Assembly: GCA_965223295.1 (NCBI GenBank)
Contig: CBDCWC010000003.1
Span: 1,344,001-1,408,000 of the forward strand
Source: Nitrospirales bacterium
Lineage (GTDB): Bacteria > Nitrospirota > Nitrospiria > Nitrospirales > UBA8639
DNA: 64,000 nucleotides
Reading direction: 5' to 3'
Shown: piece by piece, positions 13,424 through 22,488 of the stretch
Numbering within the stretch: the first letter of the stretch is position 1
Layout of the letters: each line of letters begins with the position of its first letter
Notes under the pieces: model-generated
Seen by the model: only the letters and a program-made list of their open reading frames with translations
What the model was told of the DNA's origin: nothing
Databases searched by the model: none
Made by a program: the position numbers and the translations under genes

Positions 13424-15229
13424 CTAACTAGCTGTAAACGTTGGTGGGATCGGAACCAGTGGCCTGCGCGGCGGCAGTTGCGGACGCACAATCGGCTGAA
13501 TAGTTTCGACATCCATGGTCAGATGCCCATCCGCACCGGTCGCAGTGTAGACCGCGGTCACCACCAGTTGCTGCGTGCTGACAATTTCGAGGAAACCAAT
13601 CGTCAGTGGCAAGCTGCCTTCGACCGGCGCGCCGTAGTGCAGTTCGGCCAGTCGTTTGCAATCGTCCATCGTCGCCGCATGCGTGCGCAGCTTGATGCGG
13701 TCAGCGCCGACCGGGTTGTGCGCCCGTGGTTCGCGGGCCACGCCGATGCCTGCTGACACGATAGGCGTCACCAGTTTGGATACCGCTGCCGTGTTTCGTC
13801 CTGGATTGTGGATGTTGATGTCAGTTGCATAGCGCCCTGGTCGTACTGTCGCCTCGTCGCAACCGCAGTCGGGGGCGGTGCCGCAGACATATTTGACCGA
13901 ATAAACGAACTCAGGCGGACAGGCTGGGATTGTGATGGTAACAGGCTTGCGCACGATCACCGTGCCATCGGCTACCGCATTCAGCCCGCCTTTGACCACC
14001 ACATCCTCGTCTCCGCAGGGTTTTATCCCGCGCCATTTTACCTTATAAGGTAGCACGTGGGTTTCCTTGCCAGACAGCGGGCCGTAGGAGGTAGGTGTGA
14101 TCGACTCGACAAACGGTGCTACCGCCGCCGTCGGCTCCAGCGTTACCTGGTCAATGGCCAGCACGGCCGCCTCGATCAGATCGATAATGGTATCGACAAT
14201 AGCCGCCGCATTGATTCCCAGGACATGTTGCCCGCCGGTCATATCCGCAAAACGGGTTGCCTGCCCCGCGCCGCCGCCGACGGTACAGGTTCCAGCATAG
14301 CTAACAGCGCCGATTGTCGGATCGCCGTCAAGCGCATCGGGAGTGCCGGTGTCGGTGCTGATCGCCACGATCACCATATCGTCCTGCATCGCGAGTTTGG
14401 CGGTGACAGAAGCTTCGGAAATGTCATATGGCAGTCCAGAGATTCCCGAACAGATCGGATCATGTCCAGGGGCGTCCCCGAACCAGACGATGATGCGTTT
14501 GGAATCGCTGCGCCAGCCAATCGGACCGCCGGGATCTTCCGCCAAGGCGTCCAAGGCAAAGAGCTGACCTTCGGGGGTGTCTCCGCCCCCGCCTGCCGTC
14601 CAGGTGTTGATGGCGGCGGTCACGGCTGCGGTGTTGGTATCTGGAGCCAACTGGTTCGTGAAGGGCGGATTATCGCCCGGCAGGTCACGGTAGTTGCCGA
14701 CCCCGAATGCAATATCGATCGGCCCGTAGTCCGCGCTTTGTATCGCATCTGCCCCTGCCTGCACTGCCGCCAGAATGCTGCTCATGCTGCCGGTTGTATC
14801 GGCCAGTAGATAAACGTCGGCCTTGCTCACTCCCGCATTAGGGGGGATGGTGACGGTCACGATTTCCTCTTCGGTCTCGCCCAGCTCCAGCACCAGATCG
14901 TTGCTGGTCGGGTCAATCGTTGCGCCGGCGCCCGGAGGGGCCATCGGGCGGACGACGGGTTTGCCGATGACCGCCTCGCCAAGCGAGGCTTTCACGCTGT
15001 CCGACAGTGTATCCGCAGAGACCTCTTTGCCGTCATCATCGACAATCGCCACATGGCGCGCGCCATTAGGATCGGCGCGGTCGAACGTAATGAACCGATG
15101 CAGAGTGCGACCGTCCTCGGCCACCGTGAACCGTGCAGAGCGCGTCATTGTCGCACTGTCGCCCTTGACCTTACTTTCGGCCAGCTTGGCCACTGCTGCA
15201 AGACACTTTTTCGATGGGGATTTTTCCAT
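13424..15229 (-). CDS. von Willebrand factor A (VWA) domain protein with Cys-containing C-terminal domain
   Basis: MIDAS-like DVYLLADTTGSM, GGGGDTPE and WRSDSKRIIVWFGDAPGH; C-terminal FVYSVKYVCG...YATDINIHNP...GFLEI; RBS aaggag; strongly GC-rich. Confidence 0.85.
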   Translation of the reverse strand: MEKSPSKKCLAAVAKLAESKVKGDSATMTRSARFTVAEDGRTLHRFITFDRADPNGARHVAIVDDDGKEVSADTLSDSVKASLGEAVIGKPVVRPMAPPGAGATIDPTSNDLVLELGETEEEIVTVTIPPNAGVSKADVYLLADTTGSMSSILAAVQAGADAIQSADYGPIDIAFGVGNYRDLPGDNPPFTNQLAPDTNTAAVTAAINTWTAGGGGDTPEGQLFALDALAEDPGGPIGWRSDSKRIIVWFGDAPGHDPICSGISGLPYDISEASVTAKLAMQDDMVIVAISTDTGTPDALDGDPTIGAVSYAGTCTVGGGAGQATRFADMTGGQHVLGINAAAIVDTIIDLIEAAVLAIDQVTLEPTAAVAPFVESITPTSYGPLSGKETHVLPYKVKWRGIKPCGDEDVVVKGGLNAVADGTVIVRKPVTITIPACPPEFVYSVKYVCGTAPDCGCDEATVRPGRYATDINIHNPGRNTAAVSKLVTPIVSAGIGVAREPRAHNPVGADRIKLRTHAATMDDCKRLAELHYGAPVEGSLPLTIGFLEIVSTQQLVVTAVYTATGADGHLTMDVETIQPIVRPQLPPRRPLVPIPPTFTAS

Positions 15230-15366
15230 AATTTTGCTCCTTTTCTAAATTTGTGAAATATTCGCGCCAATAACCATCAGTGAGTGCATAGCGAGTACCC
15301 TCAGGTTGTTTCTCCTTTACGCGAGGGGGTTGTTAATAGAAGTCTTGATTCTGATGAGCCATATTG

Positions 15367-15383
15367 AGCAAAACCCGGACCTT
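15367..15383 (-). promoter_or_regulatory. Possible sigma54 (-24/-12) promoter for the VWA gene
   Basis: Minus strand aGGtccgggttttGCt has GG-N10-GC spacing with TTTGC, ~140 bp upstream of the ATG. Confidence 0.4.
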
Positions 15384-16125
15384 TCCCAACCACCTCAAGT
15401 ATGGAATTCCTAACTATTTGAATCTATATGGCTTTAGGGGTAAAGAGACAGCTTGAACAATTGTGCCAGGAGGGAGATGGAAAAGGACTGGAGGATCCAA
15501 TCAGATACGTTTTGTATCCAATTGGATAGCAAGAATCATTGTGGGTGACTGGTAATGTTTTCTTGATGGCGTCACTTGCGGAATGACTGTGTTCATTGTT
15601 GGGTCATACAAGGAGACTAGGTCTGTGAGAAAAAGAACTTTCCTCGAATTCGATAAAACAAAGTTAGCGCGGAGTTTTGAGAGACTGGCTCTTTTCTCAT
15701 TACCGTATGACACTCCTGTTACCTTGAATGCGTCAGTAAGAACAAAATCTGAGAATATCTTCAACCACGTCTGGTAATTTACGAACACACCGAATAGGTC
15801 AAGATACGAAAACTTTTTTCAAGGCATGTTGAATTGGGATATCTATTTTGCTTCTTCTCAATTTGAAGCTATGTTGCCCTTCCCTCTCCATTTCATTGCG
15901 CATATTCTATGAACACTATCAGCTGCTCGAATTGTGTGTAACTAACTAAAACCCCGTAGTGTTAGATCGTCAGAGCCTTCTAGGTCATGTTTTAACTTAC
16001 ATCTATTGTCATTCCAGAGGCATTGCGATTTTCCAGCTCATCAGGGTACTCTTACTAGACTAAGGGAGATAATGCTGTGAAAGGGTTAACGGATGAAGGA
16101 GGGTCGCAAATAATGGAGAAATTTT

Positions 16126-16593
16126 ATGAAACATCTTTGGGTTTTAGTGCTGATCTGCTGTCTGGCATTTGGGCTATCTTCTCAATCTTATGCTGACTTT
16201 TTTGACAAGTTGGGCGAGGTCGTCGACCGGGTCACAGACCGCGCAGAAAAAAAGGCGGAAGATAGAGTCAATGAAGCAGCGGATGATGCGGTAGATGATA
16301 CTTTTAACAAGACGGAGGAAGCGGTTGATTGTGCTTTAACAGATAAAGTGTGTATTCAGAAAGAAGAGGCGAAAAAGTCACAACAGATGCCCGCCGTAAG
16401 CACAGGGAGTTCAGCAGCTACAATGAAATGCGTAGTAACGGATGTGGTATGTCTCAAAGAGGCCAAGTCGCTTGGGAAGCAAGTTGAGATTGTGGATGAA
16501 GAAGATTTGGATAAACTCCGCTGTGCGGTGACGGATGTCGCCTGTCTCCAAAAAGCCAAGCAGCTAGGCAAGCAAGTCGAACTGATTGATTGA
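16126..16593 (+). CDS. Secreted protein with three C-x-x-T-D-x-x-C repeats
   Basis: Signal peptide ending SYA-D; CALTDKVC, CVVTDVVC, CAVTDVAC; RBS ggag. Confidence 0.8.
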   Translation: MKHLWVLVLICCLAFGLSSQSYADFFDKLGEVVDRVTDRAEKKAEDRVNEAADDAVDDTFNKTEEAVDCALTDKVCIQKEEAKKSQQMPAVSTGSSAATMKCVVTDVVCLKEAKSLGKQVEIVDEEDLDKLRCAVTDVACLQKAKQLGKQVELID

Positions 16594-16629
16594 GCTCTAC
16601 ATCATAATGGTCGAAAGTTCCACATGAAA

Positions 16630-16662
16630 AAGAGCCGGATTTCCGATGAGATCCGGCCCTTA
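16630..16662. terminator. Probable bidirectional terminator between convergent genes
   Basis: gccggat...atccggc stem flanked by A- and T-rich tracts. Confidence 0.6.
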
Positions 16663-16712
16663 CTTTTGAGACATCGAAACAAGAACTTGTTAAAAGAAAA
16701 GCTTACTTCCCA

Positions 16713-16952
16713 TTAATCATCGTCATCATCATCGTCGTCCTCGGCTTCGAGGGCGGCCTGCCGCATTTGTTCTTCCATCGCATTGTGGATAAGCATACGG
16801 ATGAACATGGAAATGACGGAGCCTTTTTCTAGTGTTCCACCTGGAGGAATGGCGATGCGTCCTTCTTCCACCATTTTATCCAGCCATTTCTTTTGATCAG
16901 GGGTGAGATGTAGTGGGATTTCAACTAACGGCACTTTGCCAAACATATCCAT
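16713..16952 (-). CDS. Hypothetical protein (79 aa, acidic tail)
   Basis: RBS ggaga and ATG; poly-Asp C-terminus. Confidence 0.7.
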   Translation of the reverse strand: MDMFGKVPLVEIPLHLTPDQKKWLDKMVEEGRIAIPPGGTLEKGSVISMFIRMLIHNAMEEQMRQAALEAEDDDDDDDD

Positions 16953-17108
16953 AAAGACGCTCTCCTATCATGCAATAAGAATGAAGTAGTTTGATAGATC
17001 AACCTTGATCGATATCACCATGCGGTCTTTTTGTTTGTCAATGCAAAAAGAGCAAAGCTTTGATCCTAAGAGATGATGTTTGGGTGAACGAAGAAGAACG
17101 AGAAAATA

Positions 17109-17912
17109 TTACTCAAGATTGAGGACATCAGCCATGGAATAGAGATTGGGCGGTTGTTGGACTACCCAGGCAGCGGCTCTCAGAGCGCCACGGGCAAAGG
17201 TATCGCGGGTATGGGCCCGGTGGGTGACTTCGATGCGTTCGCCGGGTCCACCAAAGAGCACCGTATGATCGCCCACGATATCGCCAGCCCGGATGGTTTG
17301 CATCCCAATTTCACGAGTCTTGCGTTCCCCTGTGATACCCTGGCGAGCATAGACGCCGACTTCTTGGAGGTCCCATTCCATTCCTTCTGCTAAAGCTTCA
17401 GCTAATCTGAGAGCGGTTCCGCTAGGCGCGTCTTTTTTCTTATTATGATGAGCTTCGATGACTTCGATGTTGTAGGACTCTCCCAAAGATTTGGCGATTT
17501 TTCCAATTGTATTCACGAGGACATTAACGCCTACACTCATATTTGGCGAAAAGACACAGGGAATTTTACTGGCCAATGTTTTCAGTTGCATAAGTTCTTG
17601 ATCAGAAAACCCTGTGGTGCCAATGACCATGGCTTTTGATGCCTTGACTGCTTTTTCAAGGTTAGTCAGGCATGAAGCTGGGCCAGTGAAATCAATAACG
17701 ACGTCACTTTGACCAAAGCAGGCATCAAGGTTGTCACTGAGAGGAACTCCTGTTTTCCCAATTTGCGCAATTTCTCCCGCGTCTCTTCCCAGCGATGGGT
17801 GCCCTTTCATCTCAATTGCGCCAGTAAGAGTAAGTCCTTCGGTTTCCCGTGTTAAGGCGACGAGGCGCATGCCCATTCGACCGGCTGCGCCAACAATAAT
17901 CGTTCGCACCAT
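17109..17912 (-). CDS. dapB: 4-hydroxy-tetrahydrodipicolinate reductase
   Basis: GAAGRMG, IGTTG, EAHHNKKKDAPSGTA and RAGDIVGDH motifs. Confidence 0.97.
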   Translation of the reverse strand: MVRTIIVGAAGRMGMRLVALTRETEGLTLTGAIEMKGHPSLGRDAGEIAQIGKTGVPLSDNLDACFGQSDVVIDFTGPASCLTNLEKAVKASKAMVIGTTGFSDQELMQLKTLASKIPCVFSPNMSVGVNVLVNTIGKIAKSLGESYNIEVIEAHHNKKKDAPSGTALRLAEALAEGMEWDLQEVGVYARQGITGERKTREIGMQTIRAGDIVGDHTVLFGGPGERIEVTHRAHTRDTFARGALRAAAWVVQQPPNLYSMADVLNLE

Positions 17913-17929
17913 GCTAGGGCTTCCTACAT

Positions 17930-18051
17930 GGGTCTGTTGAAAAAAGCCGCCAGCGGCGTTCTCGCCCTTTTTCCGTGCTCACGTAGTACCAGTACGCTCC
18001 GCGTGCAAAAATGGCTGCGGCCTTGCTGGGCGGACTTTTTTGAACAGCCCC
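17930..18051 (-). mobile_element. MITE-like hairpin repeat, copy C (inverted), between dapA and dapB
   Basis: gggtctgttgaaaaaa...ttttttgaacagcccc; the reverse complement matches copy D almost exactly. Confidence 0.82.
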
Positions 18052-18119
18052 GACGCTGCTGATCGCCAAGGGCTTCCTGGCGAAATGTGGCTTTTGATCT
18101 TTGCACTATTCGACACTCT

Positions 18120-18992
18120 CTACAGAATTGACGCTTGCTGTAAAGCGTCTCTGAGTTTTTGATGGTATTGCTCGGCAAGGGGCGTGAGAGGAAGTCGAAC
18201 TTCATTCGACATTTTACCCATGAATCCCAGGGCTGTTTTGACAGGAATCGGGTTGGTTTCTAGGAACAGGGCACTAAACAAAGGCGTTAACTTGTAGTGA
18301 AATGTTCTGGCCTGTTCATAATCACCTTTGAGTGCAGCGGAAACCAGGTTAGCCATGGCTGCTGGAGCCACATTGGCCGTCACGGTAATGACACCTTTGG
18401 CACCAAGGGCCATCATGGGAAGTGTTAAGGGATCATCACCGGAAAGGATAAGAAAGCCAGCTTTTGATTGATGAATGATTTCTGACACTTGTTGGAGTGA
18501 TCCGCTGCCTTCTTTAATGCCAACGATATTGGGAATCTGGGATAGCCGAGCTGTGGTGGCTGGGAGCATGTTCACGCTCGTGCGACCAGGAATGTTATAC
18601 AAAATTTGTGGTAAGTCCACGGCTTTCGCCACTGTTTCAAAATGGCGGAAAAGTCCTTCTTGAGTCGGCTTATTGTAGTAGGGAGTAATGAGCAGAGCTC
18701 CATCGGCTCCAACGGCCTTCGCATGTTTGGTAAAGGTCACGGCCTCGTCTGTAGAGTTGGAGCCTGCCCCGGCGATAACGGGAATCCGTTTATTCACGAC
18801 CTCTACAGTTACGGCGACCACGCGTTCATGTTCTTTAGGCGTGAGTGTTGCCGACTCTCCTGTTGTTCCACAAGGCACAATGCCATGCGTGCCATTGGCG
18901 ATATGAAACTCGATGAGGTTAGCCATGGCTTGTTCATCAAATTTCCCATGAGAGAAGGGTGTGACGATGGCAACTAAGGATCCAGAAAACAT
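18120..18992 (-). CDS. dapA: 4-hydroxy-tetrahydrodipicolinate synthase
   Basis: GTTGES, PYYNKP, LYNIPGRT, GIKE and ETNPIPVK motifs. Confidence 0.97.
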   Translation of the reverse strand: MFSGSLVAIVTPFSHGKFDEQAMANLIEFHIANGTHGIVPCGTTGESATLTPKEHERVVAVTVEVVNKRIPVIAGAGSNSTDEAVTFTKHAKAVGADGALLITPYYNKPTQEGLFRHFETVAKAVDLPQILYNIPGRTSVNMLPATTARLSQIPNIVGIKEGSGSLQQVSEIIHQSKAGFLILSGDDPLTLPMMALGAKGVITVTANVAPAAMANLVSAALKGDYEQARTFHYKLTPLFSALFLETNPIPVKTALGFMGKMSNEVRLPLTPLAEQYHQKLRDALQQASIL

Positions 18993-19008
18993 AATAGCGT
19001 GCTTGTCT

Positions 19009-20268
19009 CTAGAGAAAAATTTCGGGTATGGATTCTCTGCGAATCAAATCTTCGTAGGTTTCTCGTTCTCGAATCACCATCATTTCGTCGTCTTTCACCA
19101 GGACTTCCGGTATCTTGGGTCGAGAATTGTAGTTTGAGGCCATCGTAAATCCGTAGGCTCCTGCACTCATCACCGCTAAGAGGTCTCCGGATTGTGCCTG
19201 CGGCATCTTCCGGTCTTTGGCTAAAAAATCTCCTGATTCGCAAATTGGGCCAACCACATCAACGGTATTGACGGGAGCCGATTCATTTTTGAGCACGGGT
19301 TGAATGTCATGATGCGCCTCATACAAGCTTGGGCGCAGCAGATCGTTCATGGCGGCATCCACAATGACAAAGTGTTTGTTAGAACCTGTTTTGTTGTAGA
19401 GAACCTTAGTCACCAGTACTCCGGCGTTTCCAGCAATGGATCGCCCGGGTTCCATAATAATTTGGCACGGGGTCTTTTGAAGAAGTGGAGAAATGGCGGC
19501 AGCCAGTTCATTTGGGTGTGGAGGCGTTTCATCTGAATAGGTAATCCCTAACCCGCCTCCGATGTTCATATAGCGAATATCAAGTCCCTGGGACTTCAGT
19601 GCCTGGATGAGGTCTAGCACTTTTTTGATGGCATCAACAAAAGGTGTGACTTGCGTTAATTGTGAGCCGATATGGCAATGCACACCCACCACATCGACAT
19701 GCGAGAGTTGCCTGGCGAGTTCAAACTCTTTGAGGGCCTGGTCAGCGGCAATCCCAAACTTACTTTTTTTCAGGCCAGTAGAAATGTAGGGGTGTGTCTG
19801 TGGATCGATATCGGGATTGATACGCAAGGCCACCGGCGCCTGCCGCCCTGTGGTTTTGGCAACTTCGTTCATGAGCTGAAGCTCATCAGGGGATTCGACA
19901 TTGAACATGAGAATTTCAGATTCTAAGGCGTAACGGATTTCTTCAGGAGACTTTCCTACTCCAGCAAAGACAATCTTGTTGGATGGCACTCCGGCTTTTA
20001 AGGCTCGGAATAGCTCCCCCCCTGACACAATATCTGCTCCGCTTCCCTCTTTAGCTAATAATTTTAATATCGCGATATTTGAGTTAGCTTTCATGGCATA
20101 CGCCACAACATGGGGGACGTTTTTGAAGGCGTCATCAAAGGCATGGAAATGACGAATTAATGTTCGGTGGCTGTAGACATAGCACGGGGTCCCTACTTGT
20201 TCAACAATCTGTTTGAGGGAAACGTCTTCGCAAAAAAGCTCATCGCCCTTGTAATGAAAATCATGCAT
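19009..20268 (-). CDS. lysA: Diaminopimelate decarboxylase
   Basis: YAMKAN (PLP Lys), HCHIGSQ, EPGRS, GPICESGD and GAYGFTMASNYNSR; start set at MHDF. Confidence 0.96.
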   Translation of the reverse strand: MHDFHYKGDELFCEDVSLKQIVEQVGTPCYVYSHRTLIRHFHAFDDAFKNVPHVVAYAMKANSNIAILKLLAKEGSGADIVSGGELFRALKAGVPSNKIVFAGVGKSPEEIRYALESEILMFNVESPDELQLMNEVAKTTGRQAPVALRINPDIDPQTHPYISTGLKKSKFGIAADQALKEFELARQLSHVDVVGVHCHIGSQLTQVTPFVDAIKKVLDLIQALKSQGLDIRYMNIGGGLGITYSDETPPHPNELAAAISPLLQKTPCQIIMEPGRSIAGNAGVLVTKVLYNKTGSNKHFVIVDAAMNDLLRPSLYEAHHDIQPVLKNESAPVNTVDVVGPICESGDFLAKDRKMPQAQSGDLLAVMSAGAYGFTMASNYNSRPKIPEVLVKDDEMMVIRERETYEDLIRRESIPEIFL

Positions 20269-22138
20269 GACTTGGCATCTCTTCAAAAATATCCCAGTCA
20301 TCCAGCCCCAATTCCGCAACCGTGGCCTGAAAGGCTTCCTTCAATTTGAGATAGCGCAAGTTGACATGGGGTGTAATGGCTTTGAGGATTTCCCCGTCTA
20401 ACAGCGTCTGAATGGCTTTTGGTGTTGCATGTTTGAGATGTTCAAAGTTGACGACAATATCCATTTTTGCATCCAGGGCGGCTTGCTTAATGCGCCCCAA
20501 CAGTTCCTTGGCGTTTAAATGATCTAATGTTCCTTCGAGTTCAATAAAGAGAGCGGCAAACGCGTCATGCCGCCGGGCTGTGACATTCAAGCACAGGTCC
20601 TGTTTTTTGGCTGGTTGAGAAGCTTGCGGAAACAGGGCATTAGGAATCAATTGTTGCGTTTCAAATGTCGGAAGCTTAGCTTGAAGATTTTTGAGCACAT
20701 CAGCTAAAGGAGAGAGTCGGCCTTTTGGCGTGGACCGGCGTATGAGTTTTCGAAATTCCCAATTCATTTCCAAACGCGGAATGAAGCGTTGGCTGGTGTG
20801 GGCGACACGTTTCCAAATGCAAGGCCAGGAATAAAATTCATGGTTAGCCCAGAAAAACCCTTCTTGCAATTGTTCTGGCGTCATCCGCTTAGGTTTGTAG
20901 ACGACATGTTTGCCGTCGTATTTTGACCAATCTTGATCAAAAATACGCCCTTCTTGTTTATAACGCTCAAACAACGCCGTGCCGGGAAGTGGGGTGAGAA
21001 CATTGAAGTATGCTAACTCTACTTTATTGCGTGTGAGAAAATTAATAGCCGTTTCAAACACAGATTCATCATCATTGTCGAAGCCAAATACGATGCCGGG
21101 GTTGACCATGATGCCGTGGTCGTGAAACATCTTGATTTGATCTTCAAATTTTCGAACTTGGTTAAAGCCCTTATTCGTTTCACCCAAGGAATCTTCAGAT
21201 AATGACTCCAAACCTACAAAGACGGAGACGCATCCGCTGTCCGCCGCCAATTTCACCATGTCGGGATCATCTCCAAGGAACAGGGTGGACTGGCAGCCCC
21301 ATTTAATGTTGAGGGCTTTCAGAGCTTGCCAGAGTTCCCGACAATAGGCTCGATGGCTATTGTGCAAGTCGTCCACAAAGGCCACAATCGATCCTTCTTC
21401 TAGCCCGACCCAAATCTTTAAAGACGTAAATAAGGCGTTGAGTAAGGAGCCCTGGGTCATGCGTTCGACAATATCAGAACGCAGCCATTCTTTAGCATGT
21501 TTCAATTCTTCGATCACTTCAGGTACCGGTCGGCGTCGTGTGGTTTTTCCATTAAATGGCGACACGCTGCAAAACTCGCAATCAAAGTGACATCCGCGTG
21601 TTGTAAAGCTACATAATCGAGTCATATAGGAATCGGGACTGAGAAGTTCAATGCGTGGAGGTTTGTAGTCGTGTAAAGCTGGGAACTGATCCATTCTGTA
21701 CAGACGTTTTAAGGTGCCTGCTTCGAAATCAGCAACGACCTGTGGCCAGAGATATTCGGCTTCGCCACAGACAATGGCATCGCAATGCTGGAGCGCTTCA
21801 TCAGGGCAATAGGTGGGATGCACCCCTCCCAACACCACCTTTTTGCCTCTGGCGCGAAACTCCTCCGCAATTTCGTAAGCTCGTGGGGCATAGCAGGTCA
21901 TGACGGACAAGCCGACTAAATCACAGGGGGTTTCAAAATTAATGTCTGTTGTCGCCTCATCCACAAGTTCGATGTCCCAGGATGATGGCGTATACGCGGC
22001 AATCACTGGCAAAGAAAGTTTGGGAAACCAGATAGACCGGCGTTCACTGGCGGTCATATGGTACGGGTTGTTGCGCGGGTATGGATCTAATAATAAGAGC
22101 TTGGGGCGTGTCACGCATGGGGATTCCTGAGCAGACAT
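20261..22138 (-). CDS. Cobalamin-binding (class B) radical SAM protein with C-terminal STAS-like domain
   Basis: B12-binding N-terminus (LGGVHPT, IVCGEAE), CHFDCEFC, TPLPGT; C-terminal IELEGTLD...IVVNFEHLKH; start at MSAQ with ggagg RBS. Confidence 0.88.
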   Translation of the reverse strand: MSAQESPCVTRPKLLLLDPYPRNNPYHMTASERRSIWFPKLSLPVIAAYTPSSWDIELVDEATTDINFETPCDLVGLSVMTCYAPRAYEIAEEFRARGKKVVLGGVHPTYCPDEALQHCDAIVCGEAEYLWPQVVADFEAGTLKRLYRMDQFPALHDYKPPRIELLSPDSYMTRLCSFTTRGCHFDCEFCSVSPFNGKTTRRRPVPEVIEELKHAKEWLRSDIVERMTQGSLLNALFTSLKIWVGLEEGSIVAFVDDLHNSHRAYCRELWQALKALNIKWGCQSTLFLGDDPDMVKLAADSGCVSVFVGLESLSEDSLGETNKGFNQVRKFEDQIKMFHDHGIMVNPGIVFGFDNDDESVFETAINFLTRNKVELAYFNVLTPLPGTALFERYKQEGRIFDQDWSKYDGKHVVYKPKRMTPEQLQEGFFWANHEFYSWPCIWKRVAHTSQRFIPRLEMNWEFRKLIRRSTPKGRLSPLADVLKNLQAKLPTFETQQLIPNALFPQASQPAKKQDLCLNVTARRHDAFAALFIELEGTLDHLNAKELLGRIKQAALDAKMDIVVNFEHLKHATPKAIQTLLDGEILKAITPHVNLRYLKLKEAFQATVAELGLDDWDIFEEMPSHA

Positions 22139-22235
22139 TTTTAATAGTCCTCCACAAACACAAACAGTCGAAAAAAGATGTGATTCTACCTTGAAACGTA
22201 TTCTGTGAACAAATCCTTCGTATTGGAGCGCCGTT

Positions 22236-22487
22236 TTATCGTGTGCCAATTGGATAAAAGACTGGAAGTTCAATTGTTTCGTCTTCAGCAACAGGAGTTC
22301 CTGGGTATTCAGGGCTTGTTCCCTGTGCTTGATTCTCTTTTTGATGTTTTCTGATCTTGGCTTCAATGCCGACTTCTTCTGGTGCAATGGGTGGACCCAC
22401 GGCGGCACAGCCCTTCAAGACAGTCATGAGGACGAACAAACCTGTTATCACCATCTGCCGACTCACAATTTGATTATGGACATTCAC
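22236..22487 (-). CDS. Small lipoprotein (LptM/YifL-like position between argH and lysA)
   Basis: Lipobox LKG-C followed by AAVGPPIAPE; gene context. Confidence 0.65.
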   Translation of the reverse strand: MNVHNQIVSRQMVITGLFVLMTVLKGCAAVGPPIAPEEVGIEAKIRKHQKENQAQGTSPEYPGTPVAEDETIELPVFYPIGTR

Positions 22488-22488
22488 G

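Noticed and set aside
14057-14809. 250 aa ORF antisense to the VWA gene
   Set aside because: Typical antisense shadow of a GC-rich gene.
15477-15800. Short ORFs between the VWA gene and the secreted repeat protein
   Set aside because: No RBS or motif support; possibly decayed sequence.
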